NCBI GenBank assembly: GCA_037190965.1
Contig: JBBCKI010000064.1
Coordinates: 1 to 64,000 of the forward strand
From: Chthoniobacteraceae bacterium
Lineage (GTDB): Bacteria; Verrucomicrobiota; Verrucomicrobiia; Chthoniobacterales; Chthoniobacteraceae
Reading direction: 5' to 3'
DNA: 64,000 bases
Shown: in pieces, positions 9,688 to 20,237 of the stretch
Layout: each line of letters begins with the position of its first letter
How positions within the stretch are numbered: the stretch's first letter is position 1
Notes under the pieces: model-generated
What the model saw: the letters and a program-made list of their open reading frames with translations, nothing else
The model's database searches: none
What the model was told of the DNA's origin: nothing
Program-made: the position numbers and the translations under genes

Positions 9688-10436
9688 AGTCACTCGTCAT
9701 TAAAGATTTGCACGTGAACATCGGCGATCGTGAGATCGTCAAAGGCCTCTCGCTCGAAGTCGAGCGCGGCAAGGTTCACGCCATCATGGGGCCGAACGGC
9801 TCCGGCAAGAGCACCCTGGCCAAAGTCATCGCGGGCCACCCCGATTACGTCGTGACGAGTGGCGAAGTGTTGATCGACGGTGAAAACATCCTCGGCGAAG
9901 AGCCCGACGTTCGCGCCCGCAAGGGGATCTTCCTCGCGTTCCAGTACCCGATGGAAATTCCCGGCGTGACGATCGCCAACTTCATCCGCGCCGCCGTGCA
10001 AGCCCGGCTCCCCGAAGGCGAAGAGCTGGAGGCGACCGAGTACTACCACCGGCTTTACGAGAAGATGGATCTGCTCGAGATGCCCCGGGGGTTCACCTCG
10101 CGTTCCGTCAACGAAGGGTTCTCCGGCGGTGAGAAGAAGCGTTGCGAAATTTTGCAGATGGCCATGCTGGAGCCGCGTTACGCAGTCCTCGATGAGACCG
10201 ACTCGGGCCTCGACATCGATGCCCTCCGGATCGTCTCCAACGGCGTCAACACGCTGCGCGGCCCCGACCTCGGCATCCTTCTGATTACGCACTATCAGCG
10301 GCTGCTCGACTACATCGTGCCTGACTATGTTCACGTGATGGTGGACGGCAAGATCGTCATGAGCGGCGACAAGAGTTTGGCATTGGAGCTGGAAGCCAAG
10401 GGCTACGACTGGGTGAAGGAACCGGCGACCGTTTAA
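9684..10436 (+). CDS. sufC: Fe-S cluster assembly ATPase
   Basis: [41 protein letters not shown]. Confidence 0.97.
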   Translation: MKSLVIKDLHVNIGDREIVKGLSLEVERGKVHAIMGPNGSGKSTLAKVIAGHPDYVVTSGEVLIDGENILGEEPDVRARKGIFLAFQYPMEIPGVTIANFIRAAVQARLPEGEELEATEYYHRLYEKMDLLEMPRGFTSRSVNEGFSGGEKKRCEILQMAMLEPRYAVLDETDSGLDIDALRIVSNGVNTLRGPDLGILLITHYQRLLDYIVPDYVHVMVDGKIVMSGDKSLALELEAKGYDWVKEPATV

Positions 10437-10475
10437 TTCAATTTCATTCAAACCGCCCGCAAGGGCACACTGATT

Positions 10476-11882
10476 ATGGCAGAGACAACAGCGATCGATA
10501 TCGACCGGAGCGTGGGCGACTTCTCGTATCCCGAGAAGCACGAGTTTGACGCCGGTTACGGGCTGACGCGCGACACCATCAACTACATCGCCGACGTGAA
10601 GGGCGAGCCTGACTGGATCCGCGAGTTCCGCATGAAGGCGCTGGAGACTTTCGAGAGCAAGCCGATGCCCACCAACTGGGCTACGGAAGATCTCAACGCC
10701 ATTCACTTCGACAAAATCCGCTACTACCTCGCGCACGGCCAGAAGCCGACGCGCTCCTGGGACGACGTTCCCGAGGACATGAAGCAGACCTTCGAGCGGC
10801 TCGGCATTCCCGAGCAGGAACGCAAGTTCCTCGCCGGTGTCGAGGCGCAGTTCGACTCCGAAGCCGTCTACTCCAACATCAAGAAGGCGGTCGGCGATCA
10901 GGGGGTTATCTTTGTCGGCTCCACCGAGGGGCTCATCAAGTACCCGGAGATCTTCCGGAAATGGTTCGGCAAGGTCATCCCGACGGGCGACAACAAGTTC
11001 AGCGCGCTCAACTCCGCGGTCTTCAGCGGCGGCTCGTTCATCTACGTCCCGCCGGGCGTGAAGGTGAAACACCCGTTGCAGGCCTACTTCCGCATCAACG
11101 CGGAGAACTTCGGGCAGTTTGAGCGGACGCTCATCATTGCCGACGAGGGCTCCGAAGTGATGTATATGGAAGGGTGTACCGCGCCGAAGTTCGAGACCGC
11201 GACGCTGCACTCCGCCGTCGTGGAACTCGTCGCCATGAAAGGCGCGAAGATTCAGTACGTCACCGTGCAGAACTGGAGCAACAACGTTTTCAACCTCGTC
11301 ACCAAACGCGCCATCGCGCATGAGGAGGCCGAGGTGAAGTGGATCGACTGCAACATCGGCTCCCGCCTCACGATGAAGTACCCCGGCGTCGTCCTGAAAG
11401 GACGCAAGGCGCGCGGCGAGGTCATCTCCATCGCGCTTGCCAGCGACGGCCAGCACCAGGACACCGGGGCCAAGATGATTCACGCGGCGGACGAGACCAC
11501 CTCCAACATCGTCTCCAAGTCGATCTCCGTCGGCACGGGCCGCGCGACCTATCGCGGGCTGGTGCATGTCCCCAAGCACCTCAAGGGGTGCAAGAACAAC
11601 ACCGAGTGCGACGCGCTTCTCATCAACGCCAACAGCCGCACGGATACGTATCCCGCCATCACCGTGCGCGGGACGGGCAACGCCGTGCAGCACGAAGCGA
11701 GCGTGAGCCAGATCAGCGCCGAGCAGATTTTCTACATGCAACAGCGCGGGCTGAGCGAAGGACAGGCGATGAGCCTTTCCGTCAACGGTTTCGTCAACGA
11801 TCTCGTGCGCGAGTTCCCGATGGAATACTCCGTCGAACTTAAGCGTTTGATCGACCTGGAGATGGAAGGTTCGGTCGGCTAG
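10476..11882 (+). CDS. sufB: Fe-S cluster assembly protein
   Basis: [41 protein letters not shown]. Confidence 0.97.
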   Translation: MAETTAIDIDRSVGDFSYPEKHEFDAGYGLTRDTINYIADVKGEPDWIREFRMKALETFESKPMPTNWATEDLNAIHFDKIRYYLAHGQKPTRSWDDVPEDMKQTFERLGIPEQERKFLAGVEAQFDSEAVYSNIKKAVGDQGVIFVGSTEGLIKYPEIFRKWFGKVIPTGDNKFSALNSAVFSGGSFIYVPPGVKVKHPLQAYFRINAENFGQFERTLIIADEGSEVMYMEGCTAPKFETATLHSAVVELVAMKGAKIQYVTVQNWSNNVFNLVTKRAIAHEEAEVKWIDCNIGSRLTMKYPGVVLKGRKARGEVISIALASDGQHQDTGAKMIHAADETTSNIVSKSISVGTGRATYRGLVHVPKHLKGCKNNTECDALLINANSRTDTYPAITVRGTGNAVQHEASVSQISAEQIFYMQQRGLSEGQAMSLSVNGFVNDLVREFPMEYSVELKRLIDLEMEGSVG

Positions 11883-11918
11883 TTCAGTCAGCAAGCGTCA
11901 CAATTTTTCGATCTATTC

Positions 11919-13265
11919 ATGAGCACTGCTAGTATCGCACCCACCGAAGATCTGGTTCATCCGGCAACGGCATCGCCCTCGGGCTCGCTGATTGCGGGCG
12001 CTCCCGAGCCGCTCGCCACGGCGGGCGGTTTGCAGGAGTTGAGGCTTCGCGGTTGGGAATCCTTTTCCGCGCTCCCTACGCCCACCCGCCGGGATGAAGC
12101 CTGGCGGTTCGCCAACCTGAAGTCGATTGACCTCGCGCCGTTCACTCAGACCGTACCGGCCTCCGAAGGGGAGCAGGCCCTGTTTGCTGATCGCTCGACG
12201 GGCTTGAAAAACACGGCGGGGAAGATGGTCTTTGCCAATGACGAACTAGTCTCGCGCGAGGTGTTGAGCGAAAGCCTCGCGCAAAAGGGAGTCATCTGGA
12301 AACCGCTGGAGCAGGCCGCCGTCGAGCATCCCGAGCTTTTCCATAAGCATTTCATGGCGCATGGAGCCAAGCTCGGCTCCGAGAAATTTGCCGCGCTGCA
12401 TCAGGCCTCCGTCAGGACCGGCACGTTTCTTTACGTCCCGCGTGGGGTGGAGATCGACCTGCCGATCGAGGTGTTCCACTGGTTGTCGGGCGAAAACAAT
12501 TCGACCTTCCCGCACACCCTCCTCATCGCCGAGGAGAACTCCAAGGTCACGCTCGTTGACTATTTCTTCGCCGCCGATCCCGCCGTTGCGGGACTAGCCA
12601 TCGGGGTGAACGATCTTTACGTCGCCGACGGGGCGCAACTCGCCTATGTCTGTGTGCAGAACTGGAGCCGCAAGGCGCGCGCGTTCCAGATCAACAACAC
12701 CGTCGTGGGCCGCAACGCCACCGCGAAAAGCCTTAACCTGAATCTTGGCGGTCTTTACGCCCGCACGGAGAGCCTGAGCAAGCTGATGGGCGAGGGGGGC
12801 CGCAGTGACATGCTTAGCGTGACGGTCGCCGACGGCGAACAGGAGTTCGACCAGCGCACGTTGCAGGATCATTTTGCGCCGGGAGCTTCCAGCGATCTGC
12901 TTTACAAGAACTCGCTCGACGACCGCTCGCGCACGATCTTTGCCGGGTTGATCAAGGTGGAGACCGGGGCGCACCGCACCGATGCTTACCAGAAAGTCCG
13001 CAACCTGCTCCTGAGCGACAACGCCGAAGCGAACTCCGCGCCGGGGCTCGAGATTCTGGCCGACGACGTGCTCTGTTCCCACGGCGCAACGTCCGGGCAG
13101 ATCGAAGCGGACGAGCTCTTCTACATGCTGGCGCGCGGGATCGACAAGCGCACCGCTCAACGGCTCATCGTCCATGGGTTTCTCCAGGAAGCGATCGACC
13201 GTCTTGGCAATCCGGAGATTGCCGCGCATCTCGGGGATCTCGTCGCTGTGAAGTTCAAGCAGTAG
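11919..13265 (+). CDS. sufD: Fe-S cluster assembly protein
   Basis: EAWRF, PGLEILADDVLCSHGAT, LFYMLARG. Confidence 0.95.
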   Translation: MSTASIAPTEDLVHPATASPSGSLIAGAPEPLATAGGLQELRLRGWESFSALPTPTRRDEAWRFANLKSIDLAPFTQTVPASEGEQALFADRSTGLKNTAGKMVFANDELVSREVLSESLAQKGVIWKPLEQAAVEHPELFHKHFMAHGAKLGSEKFAALHQASVRTGTFLYVPRGVEIDLPIEVFHWLSGENNSTFPHTLLIAEENSKVTLVDYFFAADPAVAGLAIGVNDLYVADGAQLAYVCVQNWSRKARAFQINNTVVGRNATAKSLNLNLGGLYARTESLSKLMGEGGRSDMLSVTVADGEQEFDQRTLQDHFAPGASSDLLYKNSLDDRSRTIFAGLIKVETGAHRTDAYQKVRNLLLSDNAEANSAPGLEILADDVLCSHGATSGQIEADELFYMLARGIDKRTAQRLIVHGFLQEAIDRLGNPEIAAHLGDLVAVKFKQ

Positions 13266-13292
13266 GAAGATGGCGGGCCAGTGGCCCGAGGG

Positions 13293-13372
13293 CGGCGTCG
13301 CAGAGCTCCGCCCTCCGTCGGAATCTGACGCGGAGGAGCGCTTTCCTCGGAGGACGGAGCTCCGCGACGCCG
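13293..13372. repeat. REPIN-like element, family A
   Basis: cggcgtcgcagagctccgccctcc...ggaggacggagctccgcgacgccg, between convergent sufD and araC. Confidence 0.85.
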
Positions 13373-13384
13373 TGCTGCGCTCCT

Positions 13385-14254
13385 CTAAAGATCCGACATT
13401 CGGTTCAACCGGTAACCGCTTGGTGTGCAGCCAAGTTCCTTCCGGAACGCGAGATGAAAATAGTGATCGCTGGCGAAACCGCATTCTGCGGCGATCTGCT
13501 TCACGCTGGCGGTTGTCTGGCGAAGCAGGCTTGTCGCATGGCGCATTCTGAGCCTGTTGAGAAAACGTTTTGGCGAAAGGTGCGTCTCGCGTTGAAACAG
13601 CTTTCTGAATTGTACCGGAGTGAGCTGGATCTCTCGCGCCAGCTCTTCCACGGATAGATCACACGAAGCGAACTCCGTTTCCATCTTTTTGAGCACGCCG
13701 GCGATGCGTGGGTCTCCCTCTTGTTTGCCACGGGCGAGATGTAGCCCCTTGCGGAGTTGAAGTGCCAGGAGTTCCTTGACCAGTGATTCCCCCCGCTGCT
13801 GCCCCGCCTCGGGATCCCGGTTCTTCAGGCAGGTTAATTCCTTGAGGGATTCAAAGAGCCCATCCCGTGTGGAAAGAGTGCCGATGGCCGTGTGGCATCG
13901 CGCCAGAAAAGAGTGCCCCCAACGGTTGGTGACGTGGCAATGCAGGGAGAGTTGATGGAGCCGGGTGCTTTCCCCGCCGACTTCCAACGCATGCCGGATC
14001 CCCTCATTGAGCATCAAAAACTGCCCCGGCTTCAGTTCCACTGAGCCCGTTTCCAGTTTGACGCGGAGCGTGCCCAGCGTCGGGAAAAGAAAGAAGCCGT
14101 CCGGGCATATTCTCCAATTCACACTCCAGGGGGCATGGTTGCGGAAGTAGCTGCACGAGACCATCGAAACCCGGTAGTCGCAGAATAGTTCCCGTAGCGA
14201 TTGGCGGCGAACGGCGTCGAGATAGTCCTCAAGGAAATCTGATCTTTCGGGCAT
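13385..14254 (-). CDS. AraC-family transcriptional regulator
   Basis: N-terminal cupin; C-terminal HTH SVKQIAAECGF...YFHLAFRKELGCTPSGYR. Confidence 0.92.
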   Translation of the reverse strand: MPERSDFLEDYLDAVRRQSLRELFCDYRVSMVSCSYFRNHAPWSVNWRICPDGFFLFPTLGTLRVKLETGSVELKPGQFLMLNEGIRHALEVGGESTRLHQLSLHCHVTNRWGHSFLARCHTAIGTLSTRDGLFESLKELTCLKNRDPEAGQQRGESLVKELLALQLRKGLHLARGKQEGDPRIAGVLKKMETEFASCDLSVEELAREIQLTPVQFRKLFQRETHLSPKRFLNRLRMRHATSLLRQTTASVKQIAAECGFASDHYFHLAFRKELGCTPSGYRLNRMSDL

Positions 14255-14370
14255 GGTTTCGATTTTTATACCAGACTATCGAAAGTTGGAGTAGAAAAAT
14301 GAGAGGGGCTTCTGGGAAACTTGTTTGCGTTGAGAGTGGCAAAACAATCATCAAAACAGTAAGGCGAAAT

Positions 14371-15198
14371 ATGATTCTAAAACCAATCACCGAAGCTCAG
14401 TGGAAGGATTACGACGAAAAAGGGTATCTAGTCATTGGGCGGATTCCTGATGGAGAGTTGCGAAAAATGCAAGATCGCCTCGATGAGATCATGCTTGGCA
14501 AGGCCTCCGTCGATTACGCGCGGATGCTCATGCAGCGCGACAGCGAAACCGGCAACTACGAAGACGCCGGGGAACAATCAAAAGGCTTCAAGGGAGCCAC
14601 TCTCGATTATCGGAAGATTCAGGATCTGGAATACGATCCGATCTTTCTTGAGTATCTTCAGGATCCGATCTTCGAGGCGATCTGCAAGCGGATCTACGGC
14701 GAATCTGCAGCGGTCGCAATTTTTCGCGCGATGTTCATGAATAAACCCGCTTCCAAGGGAACGTTCCTCCCCTGGCATCAGGATCGTTGGACCACGCTGG
14801 ACCGGGATCCGTTACTGACCGTCTGGACGGCGCTCGACCCGGCTACCGTGGAGAATGGCTGTGTGCAGGTGGTGCCCGGGAGTCACAAGCACGGTCTGAT
14901 TAACCCAACCCATCCGTCAGGCTTCCTCAGCAAGGCCCAGGCGGCCGCCATTTGCACGGAGGACCGGATTGTGCATGTCAAACTGGAGCCGGGCGAGGTC
15001 GTGATTCTTCACAATTACCTGCTTCACGCCAGCGACATCAACCGCAGCACCCAATCGCGCAGGGCCTTCAGCGTCTGTTACATGGATGCGGCGACTCTTG
15101 AAAATGGCGCGCCGAACTCGTTTCCAGTCGCGTTTGGCCCAGGGGCTCTGTCAGTCGAGGGGCTCCAGGCCGGCGCTGCCGTCGCCGGATCAATCTGA
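14371..15198 (+). CDS. Phytanoyl-CoA dioxygenase (PhyH) family Fe(II)/2-oxoglutarate oxygenase
   Basis: PWHQD, VWTALD..T.ENGC.QVVPGSH, LLHAS..N.S..SRRA. Confidence 0.9.
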   Translation: MILKPITEAQWKDYDEKGYLVIGRIPDGELRKMQDRLDEIMLGKASVDYARMLMQRDSETGNYEDAGEQSKGFKGATLDYRKIQDLEYDPIFLEYLQDPIFEAICKRIYGESAAVAIFRAMFMNKPASKGTFLPWHQDRWTTLDRDPLLTVWTALDPATVENGCVQVVPGSHKHGLINPTHPSGFLSKAQAAAICTEDRIVHVKLEPGEVVILHNYLLHASDINRSTQSRRAFSVCYMDAATLENGAPNSFPVAFGPGALSVEGLQAGAAVAGSI

Positions 15199-15294
15199 GC
15201 GTTCAGGCCGGGGATTGACCGCGCGGCGATTCCCCGGGCTTGCACCGACCTCCCGGGGCTGCTTGATTGATCTTTGGGAGATTCAAGCAACCCG

Positions 15295-16380
15295 ATGAAA
15301 TTCACACCGCTCAAAACACCGATCAAATCGGTGACGCTCGATGAACTGGAGGCCCGGTTTTGCGAGTTGGGCCAGCCTGCCTACCGCGCAAAGCAGGTGC
15401 TGGAGTGGCTTTACGCCAAACGGGTAAAATCTTTCGCGGAGATGACGAATCTCCCCACCGATCTCCGGGCGAAACTGGACGAAGAGTTCGGGTTCGACGT
15501 GCTGGAGCCGGTGCGCAAAATCGGCTCGGGCGACACGACGCAAAAGTTTCTCTTCAAGCTCGGCGACGGCTCGCTGATCGAAGCGGTGCTCATCCCGGCC
15601 TCTCCGGCGCTCTATGGCGAGCGGTCCGACCGCCGCACCATCTGCATCTCCTCGCAGGTTGGCTGCGCCTACGGGTGCAAGTTCTGCGCGAGCGGTCTCG
15701 ACGGCTTCTCCCGCAACCTGCACGCCGGGGAGATAGTGGATCAATTCCTGCGCGTGGAAGAGCTCAGCGGAGAGCGGATCAATAACATCGTCTTCATGGG
15801 GATGGGCGAACCCCTCGCCAATTACGATAACCTGATCCGCGCGATCACGATTCTCAACGCCTCATGGGGCATCGGCCTCGGGGCGCGGCACATGACGGTC
15901 TCCACCAGCGGCCTCGCGCCGATGATCCGGAAACTCGCGGAGCAACCGTTGCAGATCCGTCTCGCTATTTCCCTGCACGGCGCGACCGACGAAGTCCGCC
16001 AGCAGATCATGCCGGTGAACCGGAAGTACCCACTCGCGGAGCTGCTGGATGCCTGCGAGTACTACGACTCGAAGAAAACGCAGCGGATCACCTTCGAGTT
16101 CATCCTCATCGAAGGGATCAACGACTCGCTGGAGCAAGCCGCCGTGCTCGCCCGCATCACCAAGCGACTGGGCGCAAAGGTGAACTGCATTCCGTACAAC
16201 AAGGTGGAGGGACTTCCGTGGAAACGTCCCTCCCTGCGCCGTCAGGATGCCTTCATGGATGTCCTCGCCCGGGCAGGAGCCTCCGCCACCATCCGCCGCG
16301 AAAAGGGCCACGACATCGAGGCCGCCTGCGGGCAACTCCGGCTTCAGGTGAAGCGGGAGGGCGACGTTGTGGGAGCCTGA
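15295..16380 (+). CDS. rlmN: Dual-specificity RNA methyltransferase RlmN (radical SAM)
   Basis: CISSQVGCAYGCKFCAS, VFMGMGEP, LAISLH, DIEAACGQL. Confidence 0.95.
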   Translation: MKFTPLKTPIKSVTLDELEARFCELGQPAYRAKQVLEWLYAKRVKSFAEMTNLPTDLRAKLDEEFGFDVLEPVRKIGSGDTTQKFLFKLGDGSLIEAVLIPASPALYGERSDRRTICISSQVGCAYGCKFCASGLDGFSRNLHAGEIVDQFLRVEELSGERINNIVFMGMGEPLANYDNLIRAITILNASWGIGLGARHMTVSTSGLAPMIRKLAEQPLQIRLAISLHGATDEVRQQIMPVNRKYPLAELLDACEYYDSKKTQRITFEFILIEGINDSLEQAAVLARITKRLGAKVNCIPYNKVEGLPWKRPSLRRQDAFMDVLARAGASATIRREKGHDIEAACGQLRLQVKREGDVVGA

Positions 16381-16441
16381 ACCTAGGCTGAAATACGGCC
16401 AATTCGGTTGAAGGCGCGTTCCTTCCTTTGAGGAGGGGAAT

Positions 16442-17902
16442 ATGTCGCCGAGGGATTCGAGATTTTCGCAGTGGGTGCGGGCTGCCGCATTTCCGGTGGT
16501 TTTGGGGCTGATGGCGGTTTGCATCGCGTTCTCCCAGAAGCCCGGGGGCGATCAGTCCGCTCCCTCTCCGGAAGCGCCACGCCGCGAGACAGCCGGGATT
16601 CTTTCTTTTGCGCCGGTGGTCGAGAAGGTCGCGCCGAGCGTGGTCAGCATTCACACGAGCCGTACGGTCAAGGTTCCCCGGATGCTTCGCGATTTTTTCG
16701 GAGCGCCGAACTCAGGCGTGACCCAGGGGCTCGGGTCGGGCGTGATCGTCAGCCGCGATGGGTATATCCTCACCAACAATCATGTGACCGATGGGGCCGA
16801 TGGCGTGTTCGTTACCATCGGCAAAGACCGCAAAGAGTATAAGGCTAAAAAAATCGGGGCCGATCCCGGCACGGATCTGGCCGTGCTGAAGATCGAGGGA
16901 AATAATTTTCCCGCCATTCCTTTTGCCGACAGCGACAAGGTGCGCGTGGGCGATATCGTGTTGGCCGTCGGCAATCCGTTCGGCCTGACCCAGACGGTAA
17001 CGATGGGGATCATCAGTGGGTTGGGGCGTAGCGGCATGGGGATCATCGATTATGAAAATTTCATTCAGACCGACGCGTCGGTGAACCCGGGCAACTCCGG
17101 CGGGGCGCTTGTCGATGCGGAGGGGCGGCTCATCGGGATCAACACCGCCATCTTCAGCCGGAGCGGCGGCAATCAGGGGATCGGGTTTGCGGTTCCCTCC
17201 AACCTTGCGGTGCAGGTGCTCAACAGCATCCGGGCGAAAGGGCGTGTCGAGCGCGGCTATCTAGGGACGGTGATCCAGCCGGTGACCCGGGAGATCGCCG
17301 TTGTGATGAAGCTCAAGTCGGCTTCGGGTGCTCTCGTCTCCGATGTCACGCCGGGAAGCCCAGCCGCCAAGGCGGGCCTCGCGCCGGGCGATGTGATCGT
17401 GGCCGTCAACGGCAAGGGCGTCGATACGCCGCGTGAACTCCGTCTGGCCATCGGCAGCCTTGCGCCGGGCTCAAAAGTGAAGGTGAAATTCGTGAGAGAC
17501 GGGGAAGAGAAGGAGGTCGAGGCAACGCTGGGGGAACTGCCTCCAACGGAGACCCGCCTTGCGCCGGAGGAAGGGAGACCGGGCCCGACCCCCGCTCCGG
17601 CTTCCTCCTTTCTCGACGGGGTGCGCCTCCGCGATCTCCTGGACGAATACCGCGAGGCGCTGGGAATTCCGCCTTCGGTGAAGGGCGCGATCATCGTTGA
17701 GGTCGACCCCGATTCCGTTGCCTATCGCGCAGGATTGCGGCAGGGACACGTGATCGTGGAGATCAACCGGAAGCCGGTTGGGGACGCCGAACAGGCCCAG
17801 GAGGTGGGAGGCGCGGTGAAGAAGGGTGACCCAGTGCTGCTGCGCGTCTGGAGCGGCGGCCAGAGCCAATATCTAGCCATCTCGCCACGCCCCGAGAACT
17901 GA
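16442..17902 (+). CDS. degP: DegP/DegQ (HtrA) serine protease with two PDZ domains
   Basis: TNNHV, DLAVLKI, IQTDASVNPGNSGG; two PDZ-like regions; signal peptide. Confidence 0.92.
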   Translation: MSPRDSRFSQWVRAAAFPVVLGLMAVCIAFSQKPGGDQSAPSPEAPRRETAGILSFAPVVEKVAPSVVSIHTSRTVKVPRMLRDFFGAPNSGVTQGLGSGVIVSRDGYILTNNHVTDGADGVFVTIGKDRKEYKAKKIGADPGTDLAVLKIEGNNFPAIPFADSDKVRVGDIVLAVGNPFGLTQTVTMGIISGLGRSGMGIIDYENFIQTDASVNPGNSGGALVDAEGRLIGINTAIFSRSGGNQGIGFAVPSNLAVQVLNSIRAKGRVERGYLGTVIQPVTREIAVVMKLKSASGALVSDVTPGSPAAKAGLAPGDVIVAVNGKGVDTPRELRLAIGSLAPGSKVKVKFVRDGEEKEVEATLGELPPTETRLAPEEGRPGPTPAPASSFLDGVRLRDLLDEYREALGIPPSVKGAIIVEVDPDSVAYRAGLRQGHVIVEINRKPVGDAEQAQEVGGAVKKGDPVLLRVWSGGQSQYLAISPRPEN

Positions 17903-17915
17903 TTTCGAAGTTCGT

Positions 17916-19004
17916 TTACCTTTCCACCGGCGACACGGGCGCGCCCGATTCGATGGCGGCCTCCAGATCCGCGGCGCGGCGAGTGTAGGTGTGGTGAGCG
18001 AGGATGCGCCGGAAAGCGGCATTGCCGATTTGGTGAGCCCGTCTGGAATTCAGTATTTCGAGTTGCCCTGCAACCTCCTCGCCCGTGCGAGCCAGCAGGA
18101 TTTCGTAGTCGGGTTCGAAATAGTCTTCGATGCCCTCCCATTCATCGCTAATGATGCAGGCGGCGGCGCCTGCGGCTTCGAAAAGACGGGGGCTCGGGCA
18201 GTGACCGAATTTGGCCGCGCCGGAATGGACGACATTCAAAACGGTATAGGCTGAACTATTGAACGCGTTGTGATGCCCGGTGCCGAGATGGCCGAGGGAG
18301 CGGACATTCGATGGCATGGAGCATTCCTCCCAGCCGCTTCCGGCAAGAAGAAAATGACGGTCGGGGAGTTGCTCGACGGTTTGAAAAAAGAAGTCCTGAG
18401 CGCGCTTTTCGCGTTCCGCGGTGCGGTTTCCCATGAAGGCCAGATCGCACGCGAAACGTTCGTCCCTGGGTACCGGGTAATGCACCGAGGGGTCGAGCGC
18501 CGGGAGAATGGAAGCACAACAGCGAACCCCCAGGGATTGATAAGCCTGGAGCAACGATCTGCCGCATCCGCTGGTGAAGACGAGATCAAACTGCGAGAGG
18601 AGACGGTGCGAGGGATGGCAAGGGTCCGCATGGATCTTGCCGAGCGTTATGGGAGCATTCGTGTCCCAGAACGCCACTTGCGTACCGGGGCGGCGGAGGT
18701 CAAGAACAGCCTCGTCAAGCAACGGGTCGAGCGGGCCGACGTTGTTGGTCTTGATGATCAGATCGGCGTCGCGAGCGTTCTCGATTTCGTTCAGGGCGGC
18801 TCCTTCCTCGTTCGCGTAGACGACCGACTGCGCCCATGTGGGCGGCTGGAGGTCGCGATATTGCGCCCGCTCTGGGTTCTCGGGTTCGTAGAACGTGACA
18901 TGATGCCCCCGGGTATGGAGGGCTCGGAGAAGACCCCGGAAGTAAGTGGCCGCTCCGTTGCGATAGGCTGAAAGCAGGCTGGTGCCAAAGATAGCGATGT
19001 TCAT
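17916..19004 (-). CDS. CgeB-family glycosyltransferase
   Basis: SAY.NGAATY.RGL.RAL, DLAFMGNR, SPRLFEAAGAAACIISD.WEG, HTYTRRA. Confidence 0.85.
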   Translation of the reverse strand: MNIAIFGTSLLSAYRNGAATYFRGLLRALHTRGHHVTFYEPENPERAQYRDLQPPTWAQSVVYANEEGAALNEIENARDADLIIKTNNVGPLDPLLDEAVLDLRRPGTQVAFWDTNAPITLGKIHADPCHPSHRLLSQFDLVFTSGCGRSLLQAYQSLGVRCCASILPALDPSVHYPVPRDERFACDLAFMGNRTAEREKRAQDFFFQTVEQLPDRHFLLAGSGWEECSMPSNVRSLGHLGTGHHNAFNSSAYTVLNVVHSGAAKFGHCPSPRLFEAAGAAACIISDEWEGIEDYFEPDYEILLARTGEEVAGQLEILNSRRAHQIGNAAFRRILAHHTYTRRAADLEAAIESGAPVSPVER

Positions 19005-19037
19005 GGAAAGACTAGTCTTGTGAATTGCGCGCACTGG

Positions 19038-20219
19038 TCAGTGCGTCGTCGGGCGGCTCTCCAGCTCAAGGCTATGGGGAGTGCGGGAAATCAGCTCGCG
19101 ATAGCATTCAAGATAGCTGCCGGCCATCATCTCGGGCGTGCGCTCAAGGGCTCTGCGCCGCGCCTGGGCTCCGAGCTGGTTCCGGAAGGAAGTATCTTTG
19201 ATCAGGCGGCGCAACGCGGCGGCGAGCGATTTTGGGTCGTCGGGGGAGAAAAAGAGCGCCGTGTCGCACCAGGTCTCGCGCAGGCTGGGAATGTCGCTCA
19301 ACACCAACGCGCATCCTGCCAGCGCGGCTTCGATCGCGGCCAGTCCGGAGGGTTCATAGCGGGAGGGGAGGACGAAAATCGAGGCAAGCCCCATCCAGTT
19401 TGCCAGGTCCGCGGATACGAGCGGCCCAAGGCAGTCGATGTGCTTGAATTCCACCGCGTTGCCAAGAGGGTCCTCCGTCGATCCCGCCATGAAAACGGGC
19501 CATGGCAGACCTGCGGCGGCGGCCTCCAGTGTCGCCATGTTTTTTGCCGCATCCCAGGCGCGGCCTGCCGCGAGGATGAAATCGCGCTTGGCTCTGGCGG
19601 GAAAGAGCGCGTTGCTGCGGGCGTGAGGAATGACGCAGGGAAGGGCGTGCGAGGCTTTGTTTCTTTCGTCGGCGGAGGGCAGCGCACCCAGAACGCAAAG
19701 AGCATCGAGATTGGCTCTCGTTGAGGCCACGACGAGGTCCGCGCTACGAATTCCCGCGGCGACCTCCATCCGATAGCGGCTCCACTCGGCGGGCGCGTCT
19801 CCGCCATGAACGGCGCTCCACCATGAGACGCGATCTCCATGGGCGGCAAGAAGCACCGGCGCGCTCCAGGGGAGCGAGGCGTGACAATAGTGATTGAGAT
19901 GAATCACGTTCGGCTCGAAGGCTTCCTCCAACCCGAGCAACCATTCCCCGGCGCGCGCAAGGTCGGCCCACGGCTCCGGCATCCATTCCAGCGCGAACGG
20001 GTGTTCGTGAAACTCGATATTGCCGACGGCGGCGGCCTCCGTACGCTGGCGCGGTGTGGGCGAGGGGCCGAGGCAGGCCAGGCAGATCTCGATCCCGCGC
20101 GGGCGCAAAGCGCGGGCCAGTTCCAGCGAGTAATTCCAGATGCCACTGACGGCGTCGGTGGTCATCAGGACACGGGAGGGTTGCGGGGCGATATGGGAGA
20201 GGTTGGAGAAATGGGCCAT
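19038..20219 (-). CDS. Glycosyltransferase family 4
   Basis: VLMTTDAVSGIWNY, AAGRAWDAAKN, PSRYEPSGL..IEAA..GCALVLSDIPS. Confidence 0.88.
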   Translation of the reverse strand: MAHFSNLSHIAPQPSRVLMTTDAVSGIWNYSLELARALRPRGIEICLACLGPSPTPRQRTEAAAVGNIEFHEHPFALEWMPEPWADLARAGEWLLGLEEAFEPNVIHLNHYCHASLPWSAPVLLAAHGDRVSWWSAVHGGDAPAEWSRYRMEVAAGIRSADLVVASTRANLDALCVLGALPSADERNKASHALPCVIPHARSNALFPARAKRDFILAAGRAWDAAKNMATLEAAAAGLPWPVFMAGSTEDPLGNAVEFKHIDCLGPLVSADLANWMGLASIFVLPSRYEPSGLAAIEAALAGCALVLSDIPSLRETWCDTALFFSPDDPKSLAAALRRLIKDTSFRNQLGAQARRRALERTPEMMAGSYLECYRELISRTPHSLELESRPTTH

Positions 20220-20237
20220 CGTTTGGGGGGAGTTTGG

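Noticed and set aside
9690..11894. 734-aa minus-strand ORF, and similar long ORFs (1519-2874, 34499-35956, 41652-43502, 47665-49164)
   Set aside because: Antisense shadows of well-supported genes in GC-rich DNA; no recognisable motifs.
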